Below are positions 19,631-28,752 of a stretch of 64,000 nucleotides of DNA, one piece after another (positions within the stretch are counted from its first letter, which is position 1; each line of letters begins with the position of its first letter). The translations under genes were made by a program, and so were the position numbers. The stretch is from Acidimicrobiia bacterium (GTDB taxonomy: Bacteria; Actinomycetota; Acidimicrobiia; Spongiisociales; ZC4RG35). The DNA is taken from the NCBI GenBank assembly GCA_965203555.1, contig CBDBCY010000004.1, positions 1,504,001 through 1,568,000 on the forward strand. Reading direction: 5' to 3'. The notes beneath the pieces are model-generated. The model worked only from the letters and a program-made list of their open reading frames with translations. It was not told where the DNA came from and did no database searches.

Positions 19631-20224
19631 ATGAGAATCCTGGTGGTGTGGGCGCATCCTTTGGCCGACAGCTACTCGGCGGCCCTCAAGGACCGGGCGG
19701 TGGCCGCCTTGGAGAGGGCCGGCAACGACATCGATCTGCTGGATCTCTACGCCGAAGAATTCGACCCGGTCCTGTCTGCCCAGGAACGCCGGGACTATCA
19801 CGAGATCGGACCCAATCTGGCCAATATCGGCCCCTACGTGGAACAGCTGCGGGCCGCCGAGGGCCTGCTGCTGGTCTTTCCCACCTGGAGCTTCGGCTTC
19901 CCGGCCATCCTCAACGGATGGCTGCAGCGGGTGTGGGTGCCCGGGGTGGGATTCGGGCTGAGAGAAGGGGGAGGACCCATTATCACGGGGATACTCGGCA
20001 TCCGCCGGGTGGCGGCGGTCACCACCACCGGATCGCCCTGGTGGTACGTGAAGGCGGTGGGCAACCCCGCCAGGAAGGTGATCAAGCGGGGACACCGGGT
20101 CATGTTCGCCAAGGGCTGCCGGGTGAAGTGGCTCGACCTCAACAACATGAACAATGACTCCCCGAACAAGCGACGCAAGTTCCTGGCGAAAGTGGAACGC
20201 ACTCTCCCGGCCTTTTTCTCCTGA
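19631..20224 (+). CDS. NAD(P)H:quinone oxidoreductase, flavodoxin-like fold
   Basis: Motifs AHPLADSYS, DLYAEEFDP, FPTWSFGFPAILNGWLQRV. Confidence 0.9.
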   Translation: MRILVVWAHPLADSYSAALKDRAVAALERAGNDIDLLDLYAEEFDPVLSAQERRDYHEIGPNLANIGPYVEQLRAAEGLLLVFPTWSFGFPAILNGWLQRVWVPGVGFGLREGGGPIITGILGIRRVAAVTTTGSPWWYVKAVGNPARKVIKRGHRVMFAKGCRVKWLDLNNMNNDSPNKRRKFLAKVERTLPAFFS

Positions 20225-20239
20225 TAGGCCGACGGGAGG

Positions 20240-20489
20240 CTTATAAGCAAATGCGCCATCTATAGAGAAAACGCTATAACAGCAACAAAACCCGATAAAC
20301 AGAAAAACGCGTCAAAAGGGAGAAACTTCCCGACCTTATAGGCAAATGTTCCATCTATAGAGAAAACGCTATAACAGCAACAAAACCCTATAAACAGAAA
20401 AACGCGTCAAAAAGGGAGAGATCCCCGACCTATAGGCAAATGTTCCATCTATAGAGAAAACGCTATAGTAGCAACAAAACCCTATAAAC
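20240..20489. repeat. AT-rich tandem repeat, about 2.6 copies of a 94-95 bp unit
   Basis: Units begin at about 20241, 20336 and 20430. The core GCAAATG..CCATCTATAGAGAAAACGCTATA..AGCAACAAAACCC.ATAAAC is present three times. Confidence 0.95.
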
Positions 20490-20532
20490 GCACGCTCTCC
20501 AATAATCCGACAATTCCAAAGCACCCTTTGAA

Positions 20533-21708
20533 GTGGACCCTGGCAGGAATCCCTACAGCCCCGGCGCAGGCACCCGGCCTCGTGCCCTCGTAGGCAGACA
20601 AGCCGAACTCGAGCAATTCGAGATCGCGGCGCGACGACTGGGAGCAGGTTATTCGGACCGGAGCCTGCTGCTCAGCGGATTGCGGGGCGTGGGCAAAACT
20701 GTCCTGCTCAACGAGTTCTGCAGCATCGCCCAGCGGCACAAATGGGTTTACCAGCAAATCGAGGCGACCAGCGTTTTGGATCTGCCCCGCATCGTGGCTG
20801 ACCGAATCCGGATCGCTCTGCTGCAACTATCGGCCGGTCATCGCCTGGCAGACCGGGCCCGCCGCGCTCTGAGTGTGTTGAAATCGTTCAGAATGCGCTG
20901 GAATCTGCCGGAGGGTGGGGACATGGAAGTCGGCATCGATCCTACTCCCGGTCGCGCCGACACGGGAGTCCTTCAGGAAGATCTCGCCGATCTCTTCATC
21001 GAGGTGGGGGAGTACGCCCGTGAACGGAAAGTGGGTGTCCTCATCACCATCGATGAAGCCCAATACCTGAGACCGGACCAGCTTCGGCCTCTCGTCATGG
21101 GCCTCCACAAGGTAAGCCAGAGCCAATTGCCCTTCATGGTGGTGGGCGCAGGACTGCCTTCACTTCCCGCCTTGGTGGGCAAGTCGCGATCATACGCTGA
21201 GCGGCTGTTCACCTTCATCACCATCAATGGCCTCCCAGCCGAGGAAGCCATGGCGGCTCTCACCGTCCCCGCAGAGGAACAGGGGGTGAAGTGGCAGGTG
21301 GATGCCTTGGATCGGATCGTGGAGGAGGCCGCCGGGTATCCCTACTTTCTCCAGGAGTTCGGCAAACAGGCCTGGAACTTTGCAGCGGGGCCTAGCCAAA
21401 TCACACTGCAGGATGCCCAGTACTCCATCCCGATAGCAGTTCAAGCCCTCAACATGGGTTTCTTCAGCGTCCGGTTCGATCGTACCACCAAAGCCGAGCG
21501 AGCTTATCTGGCGGCCATGGCCTCTCTCGGACCTGGCCCGTATTCAACGCGAGAGGTTGCGTCACGGATGGGCAAATCCACATCCGGGGTCAGCACACAG
21601 CGCAATTCCATGATCGTCAAAGGTCTCTGCTACTCCCCCCGCCGCGGCGCCATTGCCTTCACCGTGCCCATGTTCGATCAGTTCATCCGTCGGCGGATGT
21701 CCCTGTGA
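20533..21708 (+). CDS. AAA+ ATPase (AAA_16/Orc1-Cdc6-like) with C-terminal winged helix
   Basis: NPYSPGAG..P..LVGR, Walker A GLRGVGKT, Walker B ITIDEAQ, SYAERLF, GYPYFLQ, and C-terminal wHTH ending FTVPMF. Confidence 0.88.
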   Translation: MDPGRNPYSPGAGTRPRALVGRQAELEQFEIAARRLGAGYSDRSLLLSGLRGVGKTVLLNEFCSIAQRHKWVYQQIEATSVLDLPRIVADRIRIALLQLSAGHRLADRARRALSVLKSFRMRWNLPEGGDMEVGIDPTPGRADTGVLQEDLADLFIEVGEYARERKVGVLITIDEAQYLRPDQLRPLVMGLHKVSQSQLPFMVVGAGLPSLPALVGKSRSYAERLFTFITINGLPAEEAMAALTVPAEEQGVKWQVDALDRIVEEAAGYPYFLQEFGKQAWNFAAGPSQITLQDAQYSIPIAVQALNMGFFSVRFDRTTKAERAYLAAMASLGPGPYSTREVASRMGKSTSGVSTQRNSMIVKGLCYSPRRGAIAFTVPMFDQFIRRRMSL

Positions 21709-21771
21709 CATGTCCGCATATCCACATAGAATCAGCCACTAAATCCTGAACAGGCAAAGGAGGCGGCCCCG

Positions 21772-22845
21772 GTGGCCCAAGAACGCACACTGCTGGCGCA
21801 CCTGGTGCCGAGGATCACCAGCCGGGTAGAGGATGCGGCCACAGATGCGCTTGCCTTCATTCTGAACAGGTCAAAGGTTTGTCGCGGCGCACTGGACGGC
21901 CTCCTTCGGGCGGACAACTTCGAGATTGGACCCCTCACCAGGTTCGAAACACAGGTGACTTACAAGGACGGATCCCGTCCCGACATGGTTGGTTACGACC
22001 GCAGCGGCGCCAAACGGTTGCTGGTTGAGTCGAAGTTCTGGGCGAGTCTTCAGCAGGGCCAGGCCAGTGGTTACTTCGGGCAACTGAAGGAAGATGGGCC
22101 CGGAGTCCTGCTGTTCATCGCCCCGGACAGCAGAATCGAGACGCTGTGGGCCGAGATCAGGCGTCAAATGGAGGGTGGCGAGAAAAGAGTGCGGCTACGA
22201 GACCTCGAAGTTCCGGGGCGGACCCGAAGAGCCAGAGTCGAGGGTTCGGACAAACAACTGATGTTGACAAGTTGGACCCTATTGCTGGACAGTATGGCCA
22301 CCGCCGTTGCCGATGACACGACGGTTGCGTCAGACATCCAGCAGCTTCGCGGCCTGGCCAAGCACCAGGATGAGGAAGCTTTCCTCCCAATCCATCTAAA
22401 GGAATTCGGATTGGCGCTACCGCGTCGGATCCGGGGGCTGAATCGGCTGATAGACGATGTGATTGATGCTCACGGAGTAAGGCAAGGATGGATAACCGTC
22501 AAAGGCTTCAGAGCTGCTCCACAGAGGGAAGGCTACGGACGATATTTCGCCTTTACCGACGTTCCGGGAGATCTGTTCCTGGGGATCAACTACAAGCTGT
22601 GGGCAACAAGCGGAGATACCCCGTTGTGGCTCCGAATCAGTTCAAAAGTCCCTGTGAACCGTGAGAGGATGCTCGACAGGATGCCTTCGCTCTCCGAACA
22701 CATAAGTCCGGGCAGTTTTACCGTGCCTATCCATTTGAGACTCGGAGTGGAGTACCAAACCGTCGTGAGCGATGTTGTCCGGCTGGTAAAGCAATTCGCC
22801 GGTATGGTCGACAAGCCCTGTGGTCGACGCCAGCCTTTCACCTAA
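21772..22845 (+). CDS. PD-(D/E)XK nuclease-superfamily protein
   Basis: EDAAT helix, RPDMVG...LVESKF...GQ..GY catalytic pattern. Confidence 0.7.
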   Translation: MAQERTLLAHLVPRITSRVEDAATDALAFILNRSKVCRGALDGLLRADNFEIGPLTRFETQVTYKDGSRPDMVGYDRSGAKRLLVESKFWASLQQGQASGYFGQLKEDGPGVLLFIAPDSRIETLWAEIRRQMEGGEKRVRLRDLEVPGRTRRARVEGSDKQLMLTSWTLLLDSMATAVADDTTVASDIQQLRGLAKHQDEEAFLPIHLKEFGLALPRRIRGLNRLIDDVIDAHGVRQGWITVKGFRAAPQREGYGRYFAFTDVPGDLFLGINYKLWATSGDTPLWLRISSKVPVNRERMLDRMPSLSEHISPGSFTVPIHLRLGVEYQTVVSDVVRLVKQFAGMVDKPCGRRQPFT

Positions 22846-23953
22846 TCGTGATCAATTGGCGGTTGTCGTTCACATCCGACAGCAGCTTGGCGCCTCGGGC
22901 GGTTACCTCCACCATGTCCTTGAGTTGCAGCCCGAAGCCGTGGCCGGTGTCGTAGATCAGAGGTTCCACACCGAACACCATTCCCTCTTCCAGCACCTGG
23001 TCGTGACGAGGACTGATGTAGGGATGCTCGTGCAGGGAGAGTCCTATGCCATGTCCGACGAATGAAAAGAGCGGCAGGCCGAGCGGACCGCACACGGCCT
23101 CGAATCGGTCCCACACCGACCGGCTGGAGACCCCTGGTCGGATGGCCTCCAGCAGGACATCGCGGCACTCCACCAGATTGGCCCATATCTCTGTCGCAAT
23201 CGGAGGCGGTGTCCCTACCACGGCCGTGCGGCACACCCCGGCGTGGTAGCCCTCCGCCACCGCGAAGATCTCCACCCGGCACACGTCACCGTCCTGCAGA
23301 ACCCGTTCGGTGGGACCCACATTGGCCAACTGGCTGCGGGGACCGGTGGCCACGATCATCAGTTCGAAGTCCTCGGCGCCGCCCCGGTAGATACCGTCGG
23401 TGAGGGCGGCGGCGATATCCATCTCGGTGTCCCCAGCCTTCACGGATCGAAGCGCCCCGCCGATGGAGGCGTCGGAGATTCTCGACAAGCGGGCCAGCAG
23501 TTGCAACTCCTGCGCCGTCTTGATCTGTCGTCGGATACCCAGCCACCGGTCGGCGGCCACCCACTCCACGCCGGCGGTCGCTTTTCGGAGGCGAGCAAAG
23601 TCCGCCGCCGGGAGAAAGCCCGGTTCCACGCCCAACCGACCTCGACCCAGACCCAGGCGCTCCAACAGTCCGGCCAGGCAGACCATGGGATCATCGCCGA
23701 ACTCGTCCCACACCGCCACCTCGGCCGCCCCGGTCCTCTGCCGGACCATCGCCTCCTCCACCCCGACGCACATCACGGCCGGATCACCGCCGGCGGGCAG
23801 CACCACTGCCGCGTGCCGCCACCGCATCAGCGGTTGGGAAGGCACCACGAATCCCGCCAGGTAGGCGAAGTTCTCGGGCGAGGAGACCACCAACCCGTCC
23901 CAACCCTGCTCCTCCAAGGCGGCGCGCAGACGGACGACGACCTGTTCTCGCAT
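22838..23953 (-). CDS. M24 (Xaa-Pro peptidase/creatinase-fold) protein
   Basis: Creatinase_N domain (ENFAYLAGF), RQIKT..E, GHGIGLSLHEHP, VEP. Start ATG 23953 follows an AAGGA SD; alternative 24019. Confidence 0.88.
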   Translation of the reverse strand: MREQVVVRLRAALEEQGWDGLVVSSPENFAYLAGFVVPSQPLMRWRHAAVVLPAGGDPAVMCVGVEEAMVRQRTGAAEVAVWDEFGDDPMVCLAGLLERLGLGRGRLGVEPGFLPAADFARLRKATAGVEWVAADRWLGIRRQIKTAQELQLLARLSRISDASIGGALRSVKAGDTEMDIAAALTDGIYRGGAEDFELMIVATGPRSQLANVGPTERVLQDGDVCRVEIFAVAEGYHAGVCRTAVVGTPPPIATEIWANLVECRDVLLEAIRPGVSSRSVWDRFEAVCGPLGLPLFSFVGHGIGLSLHEHPYISPRHDQVLEEGMVFGVEPLIYDTGHGFGLQLKDMVEVTARGAKLLSDVNDNRQLITIR

Positions 23954-24066
23954 GTCACGATTCCTTCGGAAGGCTCGACCGAAGGCTAACAATCCCCGGC
24001 GAGTTGGAGGACCGGTCATTGCGGTATCGTTGACTCCTGAGGTATCCGAAGGAGCATGCCCAAAGA

Positions 24067-24972
24067 ATGGACCAGTATTCCACCATCTCCGTGCGAGGAC
24101 CGGCGCTTCGGTTCGAAACCCTGTTCGATGCCGATTTCTCCGACCCGGGCGAGGGACTCGAACTGCATCCCGACTTGGCGAAGGTATATGGTGGCCCGCT
24201 GCGGCTTCGCCCGGCAGGCAATGGTCTCCCGCTGCTCTCCATGAACTTCGTGACCGCCCACGACGGCAGGGTGGCTTTCAATCATCCCGATCACCGGGGG
24301 GGAGGCCCGATCTCGGGGTTCGACGACAACGACGTCTGGCTGATGGGACTGCTTCGCGCCCGCGCCGACGCGGTGGTGGTGGGGGAGGGGACGCTTCGCG
24401 CCGAACCCAGCCACATCAACACTCCAGAGGACATCTACCCCGAGGATTCGGAGGCTTTCGCCGCCCTCCGCCGCCATGAGAACCGCTCCGAGTTACCCAT
24501 CTTCTCGTACATCACTTTCGCGGGGAACCTCCCGCCGGAGTCTCGGGCTTTTTCAATGGAGGATGCTCACATAGTGGTCGCCACCACCACGGTCGGCGCT
24601 CGTCACATCCGTGAATCCATTAGCCCGGCGGGCAGATTGGACATCCTCGAATTCGGAGACGACGGCGTCGACCTGGAGAGGTATGCCCGCATCATGGCCG
24701 GAGACTACGGGGTGAACTTTCTGCTGTGCGAGGGCGGGGCCACGCTGTACGGGGCGTTGCTCCGGGCCGGAATCGTCGACGAGCCCTTCATTACCCGTTC
24801 ACCGCTGGTAGTCGGCGAGAACTTCGACAACCCCCGTCCCAGCTTGGTGGAAGGAACCGGTTGGCTCCCCGACGACGCCCCGAGGATGCAGATCCTGTCG
24901 GTTCGCAAAGCCGGTGACTACCTGTACATGCGCTACCGGGCCACCTACCCGACTCGGAATATGAGCGGATAG
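24067..24972 (+). CDS. RibD C-terminal / dihydrofolate-reductase-like protein
   Basis: Motifs NFVTAHDG, LRARADAVVVGEGTLR, LLCEGGATL. Confidence 0.88.
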   Translation: MDQYSTISVRGPALRFETLFDADFSDPGEGLELHPDLAKVYGGPLRLRPAGNGLPLLSMNFVTAHDGRVAFNHPDHRGGGPISGFDDNDVWLMGLLRARADAVVVGEGTLRAEPSHINTPEDIYPEDSEAFAALRRHENRSELPIFSYITFAGNLPPESRAFSMEDAHIVVATTTVGARHIRESISPAGRLDILEFGDDGVDLERYARIMAGDYGVNFLLCEGGATLYGALLRAGIVDEPFITRSPLVVGENFDNPRPSLVEGTGWLPDDAPRMQILSVRKAGDYLYMRYRATYPTRNMSG

Positions 24973-25019
24973 GTGGACAGGTTTGGTAAAGGTCGCGAAA
25001 TAAAGGGGGCGGCAAGGTG

Positions 25020-25049
25020 TTGACTTCTGTCACCGAGGCGGTGCATATT
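25020..25049 (+). promoter_or_regulatory. Putative sigma70-type promoter for the deaminase-ABC operon
   Basis: TTGACT-N18-CATATT; a TGAC-N4-GTCA inverted repeat overlaps the -35 box. Confidence 0.5.
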
Positions 25050-25327
25050 GATGGAGTCGAAACACCTCCCGGTCCGTACCGACGTCGCCCGGACCGCGCA
25101 AGAGCCCCCCTCGGCGGGCAAGAGGTCATATTTCTCTTCGGATCGCGTCCCCTCGGCGGGACCGACGAACCGCGTTCCGAACTGCGGTGGTGGCGGCGGG
25201 GGAGGGGCCCAACGGGCGAGCAGGATCGGGTTTGTTTTCGCGGGATAGGGAGTGATTTCGCGATTCACCGCCGCGGGCGGCGCCCGCTCGACTGCCCTCC
25301 CCGCACCCGGACACATCGCAAAAGGCC

Positions 25328-26782
25328 GTGACTCCTCCCATTTCCTCAACACTTGTCGAACACCTGGAGTTCGTTATCACCTGCGATCAGAGCAACCGGG
25401 TGATCAGTGACGGGGCCGTGCTGATCGAGGGCGATCGGATCGCCGACGTGGGAACCGCCGCCGAGGTAAACGAACGGCTGGACAGGCAAGACCCCAACCG
25501 GCCGGTAAACCGGATGAGCGGACGGAGGCTGGGACTGACCCCCGGATTCGTGGATTCACATGTGCATCTGTCCGAGACCCTGTCCCGGGCGGTGTTCCCC
25601 GATATGATCGACACCCGCACCTGGGTGTTTCACTGGGCCAAGCCCTTCTACGCCCATGTCAGCGTCGAAGACGAGAGGGTGGGGTCGCTGCTGGGAACCG
25701 CCGAGATGCTCCGGGGAGGGACCACCTGCTTTCTGGACATGGGCGCCCAGAACGACCCGGCGCCGGTGGCCGCCGCCGTGGAGCAGACCGGTATCAGAGG
25801 CATCACCGGCCGTCACGCCGCCGACGTAAAGCCAAAACAAATCCCTCCGGGTTGGTCCCCTGAGATGGTGGACCACCACTTTTTCCCCAACGCTGATGTC
25901 GCCCTGGAGGCCCTGGCGGACACGGTGCTGACCTGGAACGGCGCCGCCGGAGGGCGGCTGGGAGTGTGGGTGAACATCGAGGGCAAAGAGCCCTGCAGCC
26001 TGGACCTTCACGTCGGCGCCCGGGAACTGGCCGCCCGGATGGGAGTGGGGACCACCTACCATCTGGCCACCTCCCTGCCGGAGGCTCGAATCTCCCAGCG
26101 CAGGCATGGCAGTTGGCCGGTCACCCGAGTGGCCCGGGCGGGCGGACTGGGCGACAACCTGGTGCTTGCCCATGCCGTGGCCGTATCTGCAGAAGAGGTC
26201 CAATTGCTCTCCGCCCATGGGGCCAAGGTTGCTTTCTGTCCCTCCACCTCCCTAAAGCTGGCCAAGGGCGCCACCTCCATCGGCAAGTACCCGGAGATGA
26301 TGGAGGCCGCAGTGACGGTGGGACTGGGAACCGACGGCGTCTCGGCGGCCGGCAATCTCAACCTCCACCGTCAGATCCACCTGGCCGCAGGTCTGTTCAA
26401 GGATGCGCGGATGGACGCCTCCCTGGTGGGAGCGACGCAGGCGTTGCGCATGGCCACTATCGACGGCGCCACGGCGCTGGGCATGGAATCCGAGATAGGG
26501 TCACTGGAGGTGGGCAAGAAGGCCGATCTGGTGTTGTGGGACCTGGATCACCCCGAATGGGTGCCGTACGGTGACCCTGTGTCGGCACTGGTGTGGTCGG
26601 CGACGACCGCCTCCGTGCACCAGACCTGGGTGGACGGTCGTCCCTGCTACCGGGACGGCCGGGTGGTGGGCGTGGACGAAAGCACTCTCCACCTGGAGGC
26701 CCGCCGACGGGCCGCAGACATCCGGAACCGGGCCGGTCTCGTACGAGAGGACATTCCATTGACTACCTCTCTCTACCAGTGA
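25328..26782 (+). CDS. Amidohydrolase (MTA/SAH deaminase, AtzA-like family)
   Basis: Motifs PGFVDSHVH, GGTTC, LAHAV, CPSTSLKL, GLGTDG, GSLEVGKKAD. Confidence 0.9.
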   Translation: MTPPISSTLVEHLEFVITCDQSNRVISDGAVLIEGDRIADVGTAAEVNERLDRQDPNRPVNRMSGRRLGLTPGFVDSHVHLSETLSRAVFPDMIDTRTWVFHWAKPFYAHVSVEDERVGSLLGTAEMLRGGTTCFLDMGAQNDPAPVAAAVEQTGIRGITGRHAADVKPKQIPPGWSPEMVDHHFFPNADVALEALADTVLTWNGAAGGRLGVWVNIEGKEPCSLDLHVGARELAARMGVGTTYHLATSLPEARISQRRHGSWPVTRVARAGGLGDNLVLAHAVAVSAEEVQLLSAHGAKVAFCPSTSLKLAKGATSIGKYPEMMEAAVTVGLGTDGVSAAGNLNLHRQIHLAAGLFKDARMDASLVGATQALRMATIDGATALGMESEIGSLEVGKKADLVLWDLDHPEWVPYGDPVSALVWSATTASVHQTWVDGRPCYRDGRVVGVDESTLHLEARRRAADIRNRAGLVREDIPLTTSLYQ

Positions 26783-27993
26783 CGGCCACCATCATCCACC
26801 CCCGGCATTTGGCTGCGGATGATCGACCTTCCCTGGTCGGGCCGGTGAAAGTACCCGGACATGAAGGGCCGCAGGTGGTTTCTTTGGAGCGAGGTCTCAT
26901 CAGCAAGGTAAACCACGCCCCTGGTTCTGATCACCGAGCGGCAGAACCGACCTATCTGGCCCTCCCCTCCTTTGCCGAGCCTCATCTGCATCCCGACCGC
27001 GCCTATGTGGGCGCGCCGCGGCCTCCCCGTTCCCTGGATGACGCCATCGAACTGGGGACCCGCCCGGAAGGCTACGTGGTGGAAACAGCCGGGGAGCGCG
27101 CCCACCGTCTCTTCTCAACCCTGGCTGTCAACGGCGCCACCCGGGCCCGCGGCCACGTCGGGCACCTGCCCGCTCACATCGCCCCGCCTCGCTGGCCGGT
27201 GATGTCCCAGGTCCGCGCGGAGTTGGCTGATCGCATCGAGATCGAACTGGTGGCCTTTGCGGTGGAGGGCGCCCTGGCCGATGCCGAGGAGTTGCAACGA
27301 CTCCGCCATGATCTCGCCGCCGGCAGATACCAACTTGTGGGAGGATCGCCGAATCACGATACGCATCCCCGCCGGGCGGTCAGCGCCATCATGAAACTCG
27401 CATCCGATTCGGGAGTGGACGTCGACGTTCACATAGACGAGACGCTTGACCCCGCCCGTCTTCTCATGGACTTCGCCCTCGGAGAGGTGGAACGTCACAA
27501 CCTGGAAGGACGGGTTTCCTTCAGTCACGCCTGTCTGCTGAGCGCTCTGCCGGAGCAGCAGACCCGGGCGCTGGCCCGGCGGATCGCCGGACTGGGAATA
27601 ACCGTCAACTCCATGCCCCGCACCAATCTCATCCTCCACGAATACGGCAATCACTCTGCCCGCCGGGCGCTGGCACCCATCAACCTGCTCATCGAGGAGG
27701 GAGTGCATGTGCGGTTGGGCGTGGACAATGTCGACGACACTTTCTGCCCCTTCCCCACCGCCGACCTCCTGGAGATCGGGTACCTCGCCAGACTGGCGGG
27801 TCACTTCTACGATGACGCCCGACTTATCGCTTCCCTCAGCGACGGCCGGTCGACCCTGCGGATCGGGGAAAGCGCGGATGTCACCTTTGTGAAGGCGAAT
27901 ACCCTCAATGAGGCTCTTTCTCTTCGGCCCGAACGGGTTACCATGAGGGCAGGCGTAGTGGTCGCCTCGGGCCAACAACTGAAACACGGATAG
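26779..27993 (+). CDS. Cytosine/creatinine deaminase-like amidohydrolase
   Basis: Motifs EPHLHPD, DVHIDE, SHAC, PRTN, GVDNVDD..CP. GTG 26779 overlaps the upstream stop. Confidence 0.85.
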   Translation: MTATIIHPRHLAADDRPSLVGPVKVPGHEGPQVVSLERGLISKVNHAPGSDHRAAEPTYLALPSFAEPHLHPDRAYVGAPRPPRSLDDAIELGTRPEGYVVETAGERAHRLFSTLAVNGATRARGHVGHLPAHIAPPRWPVMSQVRAELADRIEIELVAFAVEGALADAEELQRLRHDLAAGRYQLVGGSPNHDTHPRRAVSAIMKLASDSGVDVDVHIDETLDPARLLMDFALGEVERHNLEGRVSFSHACLLSALPEQQTRALARRIAGLGITVNSMPRTNLILHEYGNHSARRALAPINLLIEEGVHVRLGVDNVDDTFCPFPTADLLEIGYLARLAGHFYDDARLIASLSDGRSTLRIGESADVTFVKANTLNEALSLRPERVTMRAGVVVASGQQLKHG

Positions 27994-28002
27994 GGCCGGA
28001 CT

Positions 28003-28752
28003 ATTTCCATCGCTAACTCTGACTATTCCACCCTTATAACCTTCGACAGGGTCAGCAAGACTTTCCCCGACGGGACCCATGCGGTGGATGACGTGTCCCT
28101 CTCGGTGAAACCCGGCCAGTTCGTGACAGTGGTCGGTCCCTCCGGCTGCGGGAAGTCCACGCTGCTGCGAATGGGCTCCGGCCTCCTGCCGGTAAGTTCG
28201 GGCGAGGTACGCCGATCCGACGGGACCCTGGGATATGTTTTTCAGGACGCCACCCTCCTGCCATGGAGAACCGTGCAAAAGAACGTGGAGTTGTTCTGCG
28301 AGCTACGCGGATTCGATCGACGCGACCGACGCCAGAGAGCGGAGGACGCCATCGAACTGGTGGGATTGAGTGGGTTCAAGAAGCATTATCCCGCCGCCTT
28401 GTCGGGGGGGATGAAGATGAGAGTCTCCCTGGCCAGGTCACTTACCCTGGATCCTCCCTTGTTCTTCTTCGATGAGCCTTTCGGCGCCCTGGATGAGATA
28501 ACCCGGGAATACCTCAACACCGAATTGCTCCGCATATTCGCCCACGAGGGGTTCGGAGCGGTATTCATCACCCACAACCTGTACGAGGCGGTTTTCCTGT
28601 CCACCGACGTACTGGTGATGTCTTCCCGGCCGGGCCGCATCCTCAAGTCTTTCGAGGTCCCTTTCCCATACCCACGCGACCTGGACCTGCGCTTCGATCC
28701 GGCCTTCGCAGAGTTGACCGGCGAGGTCTCGGAAGTACTGAGGGACGAATAG
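28003..28752 (+). CDS. NitT/TauT-type ABC transporter ATP-binding protein
   Basis: Motifs GPSGCGKS, LSGGM, FFDEP, ITH. The conserved N-terminal strand ITFDRVSKTF lies upstream of the first canonical start (GTG 28084), so ATT 28003 is proposed as start. Confidence 0.9.
   Translation: MSIANSDYSTLITFDRVSKTFPDGTHAVDDVSLSVKPGQFVTVVGPSGCGKSTLLRMGSGLLPVSSGEVRRSDGTLGYVFQDATLLPWRTVQKNVELFCELRGFDRRDRRQRAEDAIELVGLSGFKKHYPAALSGGMKMRVSLARSLTLDPPLFFFDEPFGALDEITREYLNTELLRIFAHEGFGAVFITHNLYEAVFLSTDVLVMSSRPGRILKSFEVPFPYPRDLDLRFDPAFAELTGEVSEVLRDE

Noticed and set aside
20240-20489. CRISPR array interpretation of the repeats
   Set aside because: The inter-core segments are near-identical rather than unique spacers, the unit is 95 bp, and no cas genes are in the window.
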